The position numbers and the translations under genes are program-made. Source: Burkholderiales bacterium (GTDB lineage: Bacteria > Pseudomonadota > Gammaproteobacteria > Burkholderiales > SG8-41). From it: a DNA stretch of 55,474 nt. Positions within the stretch are counted from its first letter, which is position 1, and every line of letters begins with the position of its first letter. Of this stretch, positions 1 to 11,230 are shown one piece after another. The notes beneath the pieces were generated by a model. That model was not told the origin of the DNA. It saw only the letters and a program-made list of their open reading frames with translations, and ran no database searches. The DNA lies in NCBI GenBank assembly GCA_050741115.1, contig JBOIEM010000018.1, positions 1 through 55,474 on the forward strand, written 5' to 3'.

Positions 1-11
1 CGGCTGGCAGC

Positions 12-845
12 GTGGCTCGCCGCTCGCCGCAGGCCGCGGCGCGCCGCATGAGACGCGCCCCGGGGACGCGGCCCGTCAGGCGCCACGTTCCCCGCAAGCG
101 CTTCGGACAGAACTTCCTCACCGACGAGGCGGTGATCGCCGCCATCGTCTCCGCCATCGCGCCGCAGCCGCGCGATCGCATGGTGGAAATCGGGCCGGGA
201 CTCGGCGCGCTCACGCGGCCGCTCGCGAGCCGGCTCGAGCACCTCCACCTGATCGAGATCGACCGCGACATCGTCGCGCGCCTGCGCGCCGCCTTTCCCC
301 CCGGGCGCGTCACCGTCCACGAGGGCGACGCCCTGCGCTTCGATTTCAGCGCGCTCGGGCCGCGGCTGCGCGTCGTGGGCAACCTGCCCTACAACATATC
401 CACGCCGCTGCTGTTCCATCTCGCCCGGCACGTCGCGGCCATAGAGGATATCCACGTCATGCTTCAGAAGGAGGTCGTGGAGCGCATGGTGGCGACACCC
501 TCGACCTCCGAGTACGGGCGGCTCTCGGTCATGCTGCAGTACCGCTTCCGGATGGAGCCCGTCCTCACTGCGCCCGCCGGCGCGTTCCGGCCGGTTCCCA
601 GGGTCGAGTCGGCGGTGGTGCGCATGGTGCCGTTTACGCCCCTGCCGCATCCTGCGGCCGACGAAGCCGCTCTCGCGAAAATCGTGGCGGCCGCCTTCGC
701 GCGGCGCCGCAAGACCCTGCGCAACGCGCTGCGGGCCTTCTTCGGGGACGGGGACTTCGAGCGGCTCGCCGTGGACAAGGGACTGCGCGCCCAGGACCTG
801 GCGGTCGAGGATTTCGTCCGCCTCGCGAACGCCGCCGGCAGCTAG
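12..845 (+). CDS. rsmA: 16S rRNA (adenine-N6,N6)-dimethyltransferase RsmA/KsgA
   Basis: ORF track 12..845. Motifs [20 protein letters not shown] (SAM site), [10 protein letters not shown] and QKEVVERM are colinear with E. coli KsgA. GTG at 12; an alternative ATG at 48 is equally plausible. Confidence 0.93.
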   Translation: MARRSPQAAARRMRRAPGTRPVRRHVPRKRFGQNFLTDEAVIAAIVSAIAPQPRDRMVEIGPGLGALTRPLASRLEHLHLIEIDRDIVARLRAAFPPGRVTVHEGDALRFDFSALGPRLRVVGNLPYNISTPLLFHLARHVAAIEDIHVMLQKEVVERMVATPSTSEYGRLSVMLQYRFRMEPVLTAPAGAFRPVPRVESAVVRMVPFTPLPHPAADEAALAKIVAAAFARRRKTLRNALRAFFGDGDFERLAVDKGLRAQDLAVEDFVRLANAAGS

Positions 846-1231
846 CCGGTCTTGCGCTGGATGAACTCGATCTTGTAGCCGTCGGGATCCTCGACGAAGG
901 CGATCACGGTGGTGCCGTGCTTCATCGGCCCGGCCGCGCGCGTGACCTTGCCGCCGCGCCGCTTCACCTCCTCGCATGCCCGATAGGCATCGTCGACTTC
1001 GATCGCCACATGCCCGTACCCGGTGCCGAGGTCATAGGAGGCGGTGTCCCAGTTGTGGGTGAGCTCCAGCACCGCGGTCCTCGACTCCTCGTCGTAGCCG
1101 ACGAAGGCATTGGTGAAGCGCCCGCCGGGGTAGTCGGTCTTGCGCAGCACCTTCATGCCCAGCACCTGCGTGTAGAAATCGAGTGAGCGCTGCAGGTCGC
1201 CGACGCGAATCATGGTGTGCAGGATTCTCAC
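842..1231 (-). CDS. gloA: lactoylglutathione lyase (glyoxalase I)
   Basis: [30 protein letters not shown]...[17 protein letters not shown] aligns end to end with E. coli GloA ([20 protein letters not shown]...). I trimmed the start from the ORF-track 1279 to the GTG at 1231, which overlaps the rubredoxin stop (GTGA). Confidence 0.92.
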   Translation of the reverse strand: MRILHTMIRVGDLQRSLDFYTQVLGMKVLRKTDYPGGRFTNAFVGYDEESRTAVLELTHNWDTASYDLGTGYGHVAIEVDDAYRACEEVKRRGGKVTRAAGPMKHGTTVIAFVEDPDGYKIEFIQRKTG

Positions 1232-1416
1232 AGCTCCACCATCTCGAAGTCCTCCTTGCGCGCCCCGCACTCCGGGCACGTCCAGTTCACCGGCACGTCC
1301 TCCCAGCGGGTGCCGGGCGCGATGCCCTCATCGGGCAGTCCCGCGCGCTCATCGTAGACAAAACCGCAGATGAGGCACATGTAGGTCTTGTAGATTCGCG
1401 TCTCGGCGGTGGTCAT
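1228..1416 (-). CDS. rubredoxin
   Basis: 62-aa ORF with the two rubredoxin Cys pairs (CLICGFVYD and [13 protein letters not shown]). Confidence 0.9.
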   Translation of the reverse strand: MTTAETRIYKTYMCLICGFVYDERAGLPDEGIAPGTRWEDVPVNWTCPECGARKEDFEMVEL

Positions 1417-1499
1417 GCAGGCGAGCGGTTTTAAGTTAGAATCGAATTCTATCGAATCGTCCTGCCGCGACCAAACGCGCGGGCGTCTCCGCCTTCCCC

Positions 1500-2336
1500 A
1501 TGGCCGACCTTCCTCCCATCGTCCTCGTATTCGCGGCGACCGATCCGAGCGGAGGGGCGGGTTTGCAGTCCGATATCATGACGCTCTCCAGCATGGGCTG
1601 CCACCCGCTGTCGGTGGTGACCGCCATCACGATCCAGGACACCATGGGCGTCGACGACGTCAGTCCGATCGACGCGGAATGGGTCGCCGACCAGGCACGC
1701 TGCGTGCTGGAGGACATGCCGGTCGCGGCGTTCAAGATCGGCCTGCTCGGAAACCTCGAGCAGATCGCGGTGATCGCGGAGGTGGTGTCCGACTATCCGG
1801 AGGTTCCGCTGGTGCTCGACCCGGTGCTCGCCTCCGGGCGCGGCGACGAGCTCGTCTCCGAGGAGATGGTGGGCGCGTTGAAGGAGCTGCTCATTCCGCA
1901 GACCACCATCCTCACCCCCAACAGCCTGGAGGCGCGGCGGCTGGCGGGCGAGGAGCACGAAGAGGGCGCGGGTCTCGACCTCGCCGAATGCGCAAAGCGC
2001 ATCATCGCGACCGGCTGTGAGTACGTGCTCGTGACCGGCACCCACGAGAACACCTCCCAGGTCGTGAATACCCTCTACGGCCAGAACGGCGTGGTGCGCA
2101 GCGACAGCTGGCCGCGCCTGCCGGGCTCGTACCACGGATCGGGCTGCACGCTCGCCGCCGCCGTCGCCGCAACCGTCGCCAACGGTCTGGAAGTGAGCGA
2201 CGCGGTCAAGGATGCGCAGGAGTACACCTGGCAGACGCTCAAGGCGGCGTTTCGTCCCGGCATGGGCCAGCACATACCGGACCGGTTGTTCTGGGCGCGC
2301 GACGAAAGGGAGCCGGGTGGCGGGGGTCAGAGGTAG
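1500..2336 (+). CDS. thiD: hydroxymethylpyrimidine/phosphomethylpyrimidine kinase
   Basis: N-terminus [19 protein letters not shown] and the C-terminal [12 protein letters not shown] motif are typical of ThiD. It is followed directly by thiE. Confidence 0.9.
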   Translation: MADLPPIVLVFAATDPSGGAGLQSDIMTLSSMGCHPLSVVTAITIQDTMGVDDVSPIDAEWVADQARCVLEDMPVAAFKIGLLGNLEQIAVIAEVVSDYPEVPLVLDPVLASGRGDELVSEEMVGALKELLIPQTTILTPNSLEARRLAGEEHEEGAGLDLAECAKRIIATGCEYVLVTGTHENTSQVVNTLYGQNGVVRSDSWPRLPGSYHGSGCTLAAAVAATVANGLEVSDAVKDAQEYTWQTLKAAFRPGMGQHIPDRLFWARDEREPGGGGQR

Positions 2337-2339
2337 GAC

Positions 2340-2987
2340 GTGAAGCACCCGATTTCCGGGCTCTACGCCGTCACACCTGACCGCGCTGACACCTCAAGCC
2401 TGATCGCCGCGGTGGAAGCGGCGCTCGCGGGCGGGGCGCGCCTGGTGCAGTACCGCAACAAATCGGCCGATCCGGTATTGAGACTCGCCCAGGCGCGCGC
2501 ACTGCTCGCGCTGTGCCGGAAGTTCCGGGCCCCCCTCATCGTCAACGACCATCTCGATCTCGCCCTGGCCGTGGAGGCCGACGGCCTGCACCTCGGCGCG
2601 GGGGACGGCTCGCTCGCGGCCGCGCGCGAGCGGCTCGGGCGGGCAGGTATCCTCGGGGCCTCCTGTTACGACCGGCTCGAGCTCGCGCTCGAGGCCGAGC
2701 GTCTCGGCGCCGATTATGTCGCGTTCGGCAGCTTTTACCCCTCCAGCGTGAAGCCGGGCGCGGTGCGCGCGCCTCTCGCCCTGCTGCGCGACGCCAAGCG
2801 CCGCCTGTCGGTGCCGGTGGTGGCGATTGGCGGCATCACGCTGGAAAACGCTCCGCAGATCATCGCCGCCGGCGCCGATTGCGTCGCCGTGGTTTCCGCG
2901 CTGTTCGGCGCGGGCGACGTCGGGCTCGCGGCGCGCCGCTTCAGCGGGCTGTTTGCCCGGAGCGAGCGGGCAACGCCTCATGCGTAA
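2340..2987 (+). CDS. thiE: thiamine-phosphate synthase
   Basis: GLYAVTPD, LVQYRNK, LIVNDHLDLA, DGLHLG and VAIGGI motifs of ThiE. GTG start 4 nt after the thiD stop. Confidence 0.9.
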   Translation: MKHPISGLYAVTPDRADTSSLIAAVEAALAGGARLVQYRNKSADPVLRLAQARALLALCRKFRAPLIVNDHLDLALAVEADGLHLGAGDGSLAAARERLGRAGILGASCYDRLELALEAERLGADYVAFGSFYPSSVKPGAVRAPLALLRDAKRRLSVPVVAIGGITLENAPQIIAAGADCVAVVSALFGAGDVGLAARRFSGLFARSERATPHA

Positions 2988-2996
2988 GCGAACGAG

Positions 2997-4280
2997 ATGA
3001 AACGCAGCCAGAAACTGTTCCAGCGCGCGCAGCTCGTCATTCCGGCCGGCGTCAACTCGCCGGTGCGCGCGTTCGGCTCGGTCGGCGGCACCCCGCCGTT
3101 CATTCAGCGCGGCCGGGGCGCGCAGGTGTGGGACGCCGACGGCCGGACCTATGTCGATTACGTTGGCTCGTGGGGCCCGCTCATCGTCGGCCACGCCCAT
3201 CCCGAGGTGGTGAGCGCCGCGCAGCAGGCAGCGGAGCGCGGGCTGTCCTTCGGGGCGCCCACGGAGCAGGAGGTCGAACTGGCGGAGCTGCTCTGCCGGC
3301 TCGTGCCCTCCCTCGCGCAGGTGCGGCTCACGAGTTCCGGCACCGAGGCGACCATGAGCGCGATCCGCCTCGCGCGGGGACACACCGGCAGGCACAAAAT
3401 CATCAAGTTCGAGGGCTGCTATCACGGCCACGTCGACGCGCTGCTGGTGAAGGCGGGATCCGGCGCGCTCACCTTCGGGCAGCCGACCTCGGCGGGCGTG
3501 CCTCCTGCAACCGCCGCCGACACCCTGGTCCTGGAATACAACGACGAGAGCGCCCTGGAGCATGCGTTCGAGCGGGAGGGGGCCACGATCGCAGCCGTCA
3601 TCGTGGAACCGGTCGCCGGCAACATGAATCTCGTGGCACCGCGCCCCGGTTTCCTCGAGTCATTGCGCAGGCTCTGCACGCGCCACGGAGCCGTGTTGAT
3701 CTTCGACGAGGTGATGACCGGCTTTCGCGTCGCGCTCGGGGGCGCGCAGGCGCTCTACGGCGTCAGTCCCGACCTGACCACGCTCGGCAAGGTCATCGGC
3801 GGAGGGCTGCCGGTCGGCGCCTTTGGCGGGCGCCGCGACATCATGCAGGCGATTGCGCCGCTCGGGCCGGTGTACCAGGCGGGCACTCTCTCCGGCAACC
3901 CGGTCGCGGTCGCTGCGGGCCTCGCGACGCTCAAACTGGTTCAGGCGCCCGGGTTCTATGACCGGCTCGCGGCAACTGCGCATGCGCTATGCGAAGGCCT
4001 TGCCATCACAGCACACGAGCACGGCGTGCCGTTCTCGGCGGCGAGCGTCGGCGGCATGTTCGGCATCTACTTCCGCGCCACCCCACCGGCGCGTTTCGTG
4101 GAGGTCCTCCAATGCGACCGGGAAGCGTTCAACCGCTTCTTCCACGCCATGCTCGAGGCCGGAATCTTTCTGGCGCCCTCGCCGTACGAGGCGGGATTCG
4201 TGTCGTCCGCTCACGGCGAGGCGGAGATCGGCCGCACCATCAGCGCCGCGAGAGCGGTCTTTGCGGGCGCGCGTTCCTGA
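2997..4280 (+). CDS. hemL: glutamate-1-semialdehyde 2,1-aminomutase
   Basis: 427 aa. [43 protein letters not shown] and the [18 protein letters not shown]-lysine region. Confidence 0.95.
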   Translation: MKRSQKLFQRAQLVIPAGVNSPVRAFGSVGGTPPFIQRGRGAQVWDADGRTYVDYVGSWGPLIVGHAHPEVVSAAQQAAERGLSFGAPTEQEVELAELLCRLVPSLAQVRLTSSGTEATMSAIRLARGHTGRHKIIKFEGCYHGHVDALLVKAGSGALTFGQPTSAGVPPATAADTLVLEYNDESALEHAFEREGATIAAVIVEPVAGNMNLVAPRPGFLESLRRLCTRHGAVLIFDEVMTGFRVALGGAQALYGVSPDLTTLGKVIGGGLPVGAFGGRRDIMQAIAPLGPVYQAGTLSGNPVAVAAGLATLKLVQAPGFYDRLAATAHALCEGLAITAHEHGVPFSAASVGGMFGIYFRATPPARFVEVLQCDREAFNRFFHAMLEAGIFLAPSPYEAGFVSSAHGEAEIGRTISAARAVFAGARS

Positions 4281-4315
4281 CCATCCTCCGTCGCCATCGG
4301 GGGCGCGGGATGGGA

Positions 4316-4951
4316 TCAGCGCAATCCGGTAATGTACTCGGCAACCGCCGCGATTTCCCGGTCCGACAGCTTCTCCGCCACGGCGCGCATCATGCGATTC
4401 GGATCGTTGGCGCGCTCGCCGTCGCGAAACGCCCGCAGCTGGGCGGCGGTGTACTCCGCGAACTGCCCCGCCAGCCGCGGAAACTGGGCCGGGATGCCGC
4501 TGCCGGTCGGTCCGTGGCAGGCGGTGCAGGCCGCCACGTTCTTCGCGGTGATACCGCCCCGGTAGATCGCCTGACCGACTCGGGCGAGTTCCCGGTCGCG
4601 CGCCGCGCGGGGCAGGGGTTTCTGGATTTCGAAGTAGGCTGCGAGACTGCGCAGCTCGTCGACTGAGAGATTCGCGACCATCCCCGCCATCACGGCATTG
4701 CGCCGCTCCGCGCGCTTGCCATCCCGCGGACCGAAGTTCATGAGCTGCTTCAAGGTGTAATCCGCATGCTGGCCGGCCAGCACCGGGTTGGCGGGGAGCA
4801 CGCTGTTGCCGTCCTCAGCGTGACAGGATGCGCACACCTGCGACACGATCGCGCGCGCCTTTGCGGAATCCGCCAGGGGCGGCTGCTGGGGGAGCGCGAC
4901 CACAGGGACGAGTACACCCGCGCCGAGCGCAAGCAGCCACAGGGATTTCAT
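4316..4951 (-). CDS. di-haem cytochrome c4
   Basis: Signal peptide plus two CxxCH haem motifs (CASCH, CTACH), with the c4-type duplicated domain layout (QFPRLAGQ). Confidence 0.88.
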   Translation of the reverse strand: MKSLWLLALGAGVLVPVVALPQQPPLADSAKARAIVSQVCASCHAEDGNSVLPANPVLAGQHADYTLKQLMNFGPRDGKRAERRNAVMAGMVANLSVDELRSLAAYFEIQKPLPRAARDRELARVGQAIYRGGITAKNVAACTACHGPTGSGIPAQFPRLAGQFAEYTAAQLRAFRDGERANDPNRMMRAVAEKLSDREIAAVAEYITGLR

Positions 4952-5133
4952 GCAGGGTCCTTCGTTTACCGCGTATTTTCGAGCGCGGCGCTATTCTACA
5001 GCACGCCACGGCGGGCGCGCCAGTTTCGGGCACGATAACAATGACCTAGACGATTTTTTCGAGGCTGGTACCGAGCCCCACAAGGGGCGCCCGTCCCGGG
5101 GGCGGGCGCGCCAACGCGTCGCGCAAGGGGCCC

Positions 5134-5171
5134 ATAAAAAACCCCCGGTTAAAGGGGAGTAAAACCGGGGG
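5134..5171 (-). terminator. intrinsic-terminator-like hairpin (orphan, minus strand)
   Basis: 9-bp GC-rich stem CCCCCGGTT (5142-5150) / AACCGGGGG (5163-5171) with a 12-nt loop. On the minus strand it is followed by a T6 run (A-run 5136-5141 on the plus strand). No gene ends here. Confidence 0.65.
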
Positions 5172-6326
<1,155 letters not shown>

Positions 6327-6346
6327 TACTGCCGCCGCGTTCTCGA

Positions 6347-6949
6347 TCAGGTCTCCAACAATAATTGCTGGACCGCGGGCAACTTGGCGCGCTCGATGCT
6401 CTTGCCGTCCGGGCTCGCACGGAGCGGCGCGCGCAGATCGAGGGTCGAGAGCACCGTCAGCTCGACGTCGGTGCCGTGGTCGCTCACGGTGTAGACCGGC
6501 ACCGTGCGCATTTCCTCCCCCGAGTACAGGCGGGTCTGCGCCGTCCGGTACGGAATCCCCCGGTCGATCAGATAGAGCTCTACCGCCTTCTCGTTGTCGG
6601 TGAAAAGCTGCAGATTGATGTCGGCGTACCGGCCGGCATTGCCGTTCAGGACCGAACCCGTCAGGTGCGGATTGAACCGGGCAAGATCCCGCATCGCCCG
6701 CACCGCAGCCTCGCGCAGCGCGCGCAACCGGTCGCGATGCTCTTCGCGGTGATAGATCTGCTGGTAGGCGCGCAACGCCTCGTCGATCTCATCGTTTGCC
6801 GGCAGCTCGCGCGTCTCCGGCGCGCCGGCCTGGCGTGCCGCCTTGCGCTTGGCGAGCGCGTAATCCTCGATCCCGTCCTCGGCCATCAGCCGCGCCGCCA
6901 GATAGGCGATGCGGCTGCGATGGTCGTTGCGGCCGGTGTCCCTGGGCAT
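6347..6949 (-). CDS. conserved hypothetical protein downstream of mrcA
   Basis: ORF track 6347..7087. I trimmed to the ATG at 6949 (MPRDTG...), 17 nt after the mrcA stop. Composition is protein-like and not low-complexity. I do not recognise a family. Confidence 0.6.
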   Translation of the reverse strand: MPRDTGRNDHRSRIAYLAARLMAEDGIEDYALAKRKAARQAGAPETRELPANDEIDEALRAYQQIYHREEHRDRLRALREAAVRAMRDLARFNPHLTGSVLNGNAGRYADINLQLFTDNEKAVELYLIDRGIPYRTAQTRLYSGEEMRTVPVYTVSDHGTDVELTVLSTLDLRAPLRASPDGKSIERAKLPAVQQLLLET

Positions 6950-6965
6950 CGCCGGTCCAGTAGGT

Positions 6966-9293
6966 TCAGAACAGCTGGTTGCGGACCTCTTCCGGGCGCT
7001 CGCCACCGAGCACGCCGCCAATGAGAGTCTCCTGCGCCGGTGGCGGGAATTCCTGGTAGAAATAATCGACAACGCCGCCCTGCGCATCGGCTATTCGCAG
7101 CCCCGTGGACGGGTTGACGTGCAATGCAACCACCCCTTTGGGCGGCGCAAGCGGCTGCTCCGGGACGCGGTCGAGCACCGTTCCCATGTAGGCCATCCAC
7201 ATCGGCAGCGCGGCCTGGGCGCCGGTCTCGTTGCGCCCGAGCGTGTGCGGGCTGTCGAAGCCGATCCAGGCCACCGACACCAGTTCGGGGACATAACCGC
7301 ACAACCACGCGTCCACGAACTCGTTGGTCGTGCCGGTCTTGCCCGCAAGGTCGTCGCGCCCGAGCTTCAGGGCGCGCGCGCCGGTGCCCGTGCGCATGAC
7401 ATCCCGCAGGATGGTCGTCATGATGAAGGCGTTGCGCGCGTCGATGACGCGTTCCGCCCCCGCTCCCGCCGCCGCCGGCTGCGCCGCCATCAGCACGTTG
7501 CCCTTGGCGTCCTCCACCCGCTCGATGAAGTACGGCGCCACGCGGTAGCCGCCGTTCGCGAACACCCCATAGGCGGTGATCATCTGCAGCGGGGTTGCAT
7601 TGCCGGCGCCCAGCGCCATGGTGAGATACGGCGGATGCAGCTTGGGATCGAACCCGAAACGGGCGACGTAGTCCTGCGCGTACTGCGGCGAGATCGCCTG
7701 GAGGATGCGTACCGAAACCAGGTTCTTCGACTTGGCAAGCGCCGTGCGCAGCCGCATCGGCCCCTCGAACTTGCCGTCGAAGTTCTTCGGCTCCCACGGC
7801 TCCGAGCCGGTCTGCGCAGCGGTAAACGTGAGCGGCGCGTCGTTGATGACCGTCGCCACGGTGAATCCCCTCTCGAGGGCAGCGGAGTAGATGAAGGGCT
7901 TGAAGCTCGACCCCGGCTGCCGCATTGCCTGGGTGACGTGGTTGTACTGGCTGCGGCCAAAATCGAAGCCTCCGACCAGCGCCCGTACCGCCCCGTCGCG
8001 CGGGTCCATGGAAACGAGAGAGGCCTCGACCGCGGGCAGCTGGGTGATTTGCCAGCGCCCCTTATCGTCCCTCTGCACGCGGATGATGGCGCCGCGGCGG
8101 ATGCGCTGGCCGGGGCTCACCTTCTCACCCAGCAGGCGTGAAGCTGCGAATTTCAATCCTTCCTCCCGGATTTCCACCCATTCACCGCCCCTGCGATACG
8201 CCCGCACCCGCTTGGGGCTCGCTTCAGCCACGATCGCAGCGTAGATATCATCGCTGTCGGTGGTCTCCTGCAACGCGTCCTCGAGCGCTTCTTCGGTCGG
8301 CCGGTCCGGCAGCTCGGCGTAGCCCTCCGGCCCGCGGTAGCCGTGGCGCCGGTCATACTCCATGACGCCGTAGCGCACCGCCGCGTACGCCGCCTCCTGG
8401 TGGTGGGTACGCAGCGTGGTGTAGACGCGGAGGCCCCTGGCATAGGTGTCTTCCTGGTAGCGCTCATAGAGGACCTGACGCACCATCTCCGCGAAATGTT
8501 CGGCGTGAACGGGGTACTCGTTGACCTCTTTCTTCACCGCGATCGCCTGCTGGTCGGCGGCCGTGAATTCCTCCTCCGAGATCCATTGCAGATCGCGCAT
8601 CCGGCGCAGCACGTACTGCTGCCTGATCTTGGCGCGCTTGAAGTTCGCGATCGGGTTGTAGCGCGAGGGTGCCTTCGGCAGGCCGGCGAGCATCGCCGAC
8701 TCCGCGAGAGTCAGCGCGCCGAGCGGCTTGCCAAAATACGTCTGCGCGGCGGCGGCGAAGCCGTAGGTGCGCTGGCCGAGATAGATCTGGTTGACATAAA
8801 GCTCGAGGATCTGGTCCTTGCTGAGATCGGACTCGATCTTGAATGCGAGCAACATTTCATTGAACTTGCGGGCGAGCGTTCTTTCCTTCGACAGGAAAAA
8901 GTTCCGCGCGACCTGCATGGTGATGGTGGAGGCCCCCTGGCGCACGCCACCGGAAATGAAATTGGAGAGCGCGGCGCGCGCCACGCCGACGTAGTCCACA
9001 CCGCTGTGCTGGTAGAAGCGCTCGTCCTCGGCGGCGAGGATCGCGTGGATCATCGGCTGGGGAACGTCCCCGATTCTTGCCAGGGCCCGGCGCTCCTCCC
9101 CAAACTCCGCGATCAGCTTGCCGTCGGCGCTGTAGACCCGCAGCGGGATCTTGGGCTGATAGTCGGTCAGCGCTTCAAGCGACGGCAGGCCCGGATAGAT
9201 GATCGCGGCGGCGAACGCGACCAGCATCACGGCCACCAGCCCGGCCGACATGGCTACCAGAAAGGAAATAGTCCACCAGCGTTTGGACATCAA
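6966..9293 (-). CDS. mrcA: penicillin-binding protein 1A (bifunctional glycosyltransferase/transpeptidase)
   Basis: 775 aa. Has an N-terminal TM segment, GT51 motifs (EDERFYQHSGVD, GASTITMQ, RKFNEMLLA), and transpeptidase motifs SSFKP, SKN and KTGTTN. It is divergent from pilM, as in many proteobacteria. Confidence 0.95.
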   Translation of the reverse strand: MMSKRWWTISFLVAMSAGLVAVMLVAFAAAIIYPGLPSLEALTDYQPKIPLRVYSADGKLIAEFGEERRALARIGDVPQPMIHAILAAEDERFYQHSGVDYVGVARAALSNFISGGVRQGASTITMQVARNFFLSKERTLARKFNEMLLAFKIESDLSKDQILELYVNQIYLGQRTYGFAAAAQTYFGKPLGALTLAESAMLAGLPKAPSRYNPIANFKRAKIRQQYVLRRMRDLQWISEEEFTAADQQAIAVKKEVNEYPVHAEHFAEMVRQVLYERYQEDTYARGLRVYTTLRTHHQEAAYAAVRYGVMEYDRRHGYRGPEGYAELPDRPTEEALEDALQETTDSDDIYAAIVAEASPKRVRAYRRGGEWVEIREEGLKFAASRLLGEKVSPGQRIRRGAIIRVQRDDKGRWQITQLPAVEASLVSMDPRDGAVRALVGGFDFGRSQYNHVTQAMRQPGSSFKPFIYSAALERGFTVATVINDAPLTFTAAQTGSEPWEPKNFDGKFEGPMRLRTALAKSKNLVSVRILQAISPQYAQDYVARFGFDPKLHPPYLTMALGAGNATPLQMITAYGVFANGGYRVAPYFIERVEDAKGNVLMAAQPAAAGAGAERVIDARNAFIMTTILRDVMRTGTGARALKLGRDDLAGKTGTTNEFVDAWLCGYVPELVSVAWIGFDSPHTLGRNETGAQAALPMWMAYMGTVLDRVPEQPLAPPKGVVALHVNPSTGLRIADAQGGVVDYFYQEFPPPAQETLIGGVLGGERPEEVRNQLF

Positions 9294-9527
9294 GATAAAA
9301 AGCCCAAATTAAGGCTGTTGCGAAATTGCAACATCAGCGAAGTTATCAAATCGACTGGTGAAACCTGCCACATTGCCGGGACTTGGTGCGGTGTAAGCTA
9401 TGTTCATTGTCCACGCATTATAGGCAGGGTTCCCTGCCGAGGGGAGAAAGAGGCCAAAACGCTTTACAGCCAAAGCAGTTGTTGTTAGCATCTAATGTAA
9501 ACTGTGGGATTGTGTCCCCATTAACTT

Positions 9528-10634
9528 ATGTTCAAAGGAAATTTCAGCTTCAACCTCGCTGCGCTCGAGGGCCTGTTCAAGGCCAAGATGCCGCCTTTGA
9601 TCGGGGTCGACATCAGTTCTTCGGCCATCAAGATGGTCGAGATCAGCGAACCCGGCAAGGACCTCTACCGCGTTGAGCGTTACGCCATCGAGCCCCTGCC
9701 CAAGGACTCGCTGCTGGAAGGCAACATCAACAACCTCGACGCGGTGAGCGATGCGCTCAAGCGCTGCCACAAGCGCCTCGGGAGCAACATCAAGAATCTC
9801 GCGCTGGCACTGCCCAACGCAGCCGTCATCAGCAAGAAGATCATGGTGCCCGCCGGCCAGACCGAGGACGAGCTCGAGCTGCAGGTCGAAACCGAGGCGA
9901 ACCAGTACATTCCGTTCGCCCTCGACGAGGTCAACCTGGATTTCCAGGTGCTCGGCCCCGCGCCGAACAATCCGGATGATATCGAAGTCCTGATCGCGGC
10001 CTCGCGCAAGGAGAAGATCATCGACCGCATGGCGGTGGCGGAGTCGGCCGGACTCACGGCGACGGTGATGGACGTGGACGTATTCGCCGCCCAGACCGCC
10101 TTCGAGCTGATCGAAGGCCAGTTTCCGGACCGGGGCAGGGACCAGAACATCGCGGTGGTGGACATCGGCTCGAGCATCATGGCCGTCAACGTCCTGCGCA
10201 ACCAGCAGTCGATCTACCTGCGCGAGCAGCCCTTCGGCGGCAACCAGCTGACGCAGGAAATCCAGAACAAGTTCGGCCTGTCTCCGGAAGAAGCGGAGGC
10301 GGCGAAGCGCGCCGGGGGACTGCCGGAGAACTACGAGTCCGACGTGCTGCAGCCGTTCATGGACATGATGGGTTTGGAGGTCGCCCGTGCGTTGCAGTTC
10401 TTCTTCACCTCGACCCAGCACAACCAGATCCACCACATCGTGCTCTCCGGCGGCTGCGCGGCGATCCCCGGAGCCGACGAGACGGTCGGCAAGCGCGTCC
10501 AGGTCAATACCATCATCGCCAACCCCTTCGTCAACATGACGCTGTCCTCGAAGATCCGCCCCAAGAGCCTGACCCAGGACGCGCCCTCGCTCATGGTGGC
10601 GTGCGGTCTGGCCATGCGGAGATTTGATCCATGA
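9528..10634 (+). CDS. pilM: type IV pilus assembly ATPase-like protein PilM
   Basis: IGVDISSSAIKMVEI, actin-like fold motifs, and colinear with P. aeruginosa PilM to the ...MVACGLAMRRFD C-terminus. First gene of pilMNOPQ. Confidence 0.92.
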   Translation: MFKGNFSFNLAALEGLFKAKMPPLIGVDISSSAIKMVEISEPGKDLYRVERYAIEPLPKDSLLEGNINNLDAVSDALKRCHKRLGSNIKNLALALPNAAVISKKIMVPAGQTEDELELQVETEANQYIPFALDEVNLDFQVLGPAPNNPDDIEVLIAASRKEKIIDRMAVAESAGLTATVMDVDVFAAQTAFELIEGQFPDRGRDQNIAVVDIGSSIMAVNVLRNQQSIYLREQPFGGNQLTQEIQNKFGLSPEEAEAAKRAGGLPENYESDVLQPFMDMMGLEVARALQFFFTSTQHNQIHHIVLSGGCAAIPGADETVGKRVQVNTIIANPFVNMTLSSKIRPKSLTQDAPSLMVACGLAMRRFDP

Positions 10635-11224
10635 TCCGCATCAACCTGCTGCCGCACCGCGAGGAGCGGCGCAAGCAGCAGCAGCAGCAGTTCTTCATCC
10701 TGCTCGCCTTCGTGATCGTGGTCGGCGGGGCTGTGTGGTTCTCCGTGCGTACCTATCTCGACGAGCAGTTCCAGACGCAGCAGGGCCGCAACCAGTACCT
10801 CCAGCAGGAGATCGTCAAGCTCGACAAGCAGATCGCCGAGATCCAGAAGCTCAAGGAGCAGACCGCGGCGCTGCTCGCGCGGAAAAGAGTGGTGGAAACG
10901 CTGCAGAGCAACCGCTCCGAGGTGGTGCACCTGCTCGATCAACTGGTGCGGCAACTGCCCGACGGCGTCTACCTGAAGGCCGTGAAGCAGACCGGCACTC
11001 GCGTCACCATTACCGGCCTCACCGAGTCGCAGGCGCGGGTGTCCACGCTGATGCGCAACCTCGAGTCCTCGCCGCACCTGGAGAACCCCGGGCTGGTGGA
11101 GATCAAGGCGGTGCAGCAGGGCAGGCTGCGCGCCAATGAGTTCATCTTGAACATCAGCATCACGCGCACCAAGATCGAGGAGCCCGCCGGCAAGGCGGCG
11201 CCGAAGCCGCCAGCGAAGGGATGA
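10631..11224 (+). CDS. pilN: type IV pilus inner-membrane component PilN
   Basis: MIRINLLPHREERR N-terminus (PilN signature), one TM segment, and a 4-nt overlap with pilM. Confidence 0.9.
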   Translation: MIRINLLPHREERRKQQQQQFFILLAFVIVVGGAVWFSVRTYLDEQFQTQQGRNQYLQQEIVKLDKQIAEIQKLKEQTAALLARKRVVETLQSNRSEVVHLLDQLVRQLPDGVYLKAVKQTGTRVTITGLTESQARVSTLMRNLESSPHLENPGLVEIKAVQQGRLRANEFILNISITRTKIEEPAGKAAPKPPAKG

Positions 11225-11230
11225 CGCGCC

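Noticed and set aside
1417-1499. Looked for a TPP (THI-box) riboswitch upstream of thiD. Also noted a 10-bp-phased direct repeat ATCGAATTCT / ATCGAATCGT at 1441-1460.
   Set aside because: There is no CUGAGA / ACCUGAUCUGGAUAAUGCCAGCG-like core, and the spacer (83 nt) is too short for the aptamer plus expression platform. The short direct repeat may be an operator, but it has no further support.
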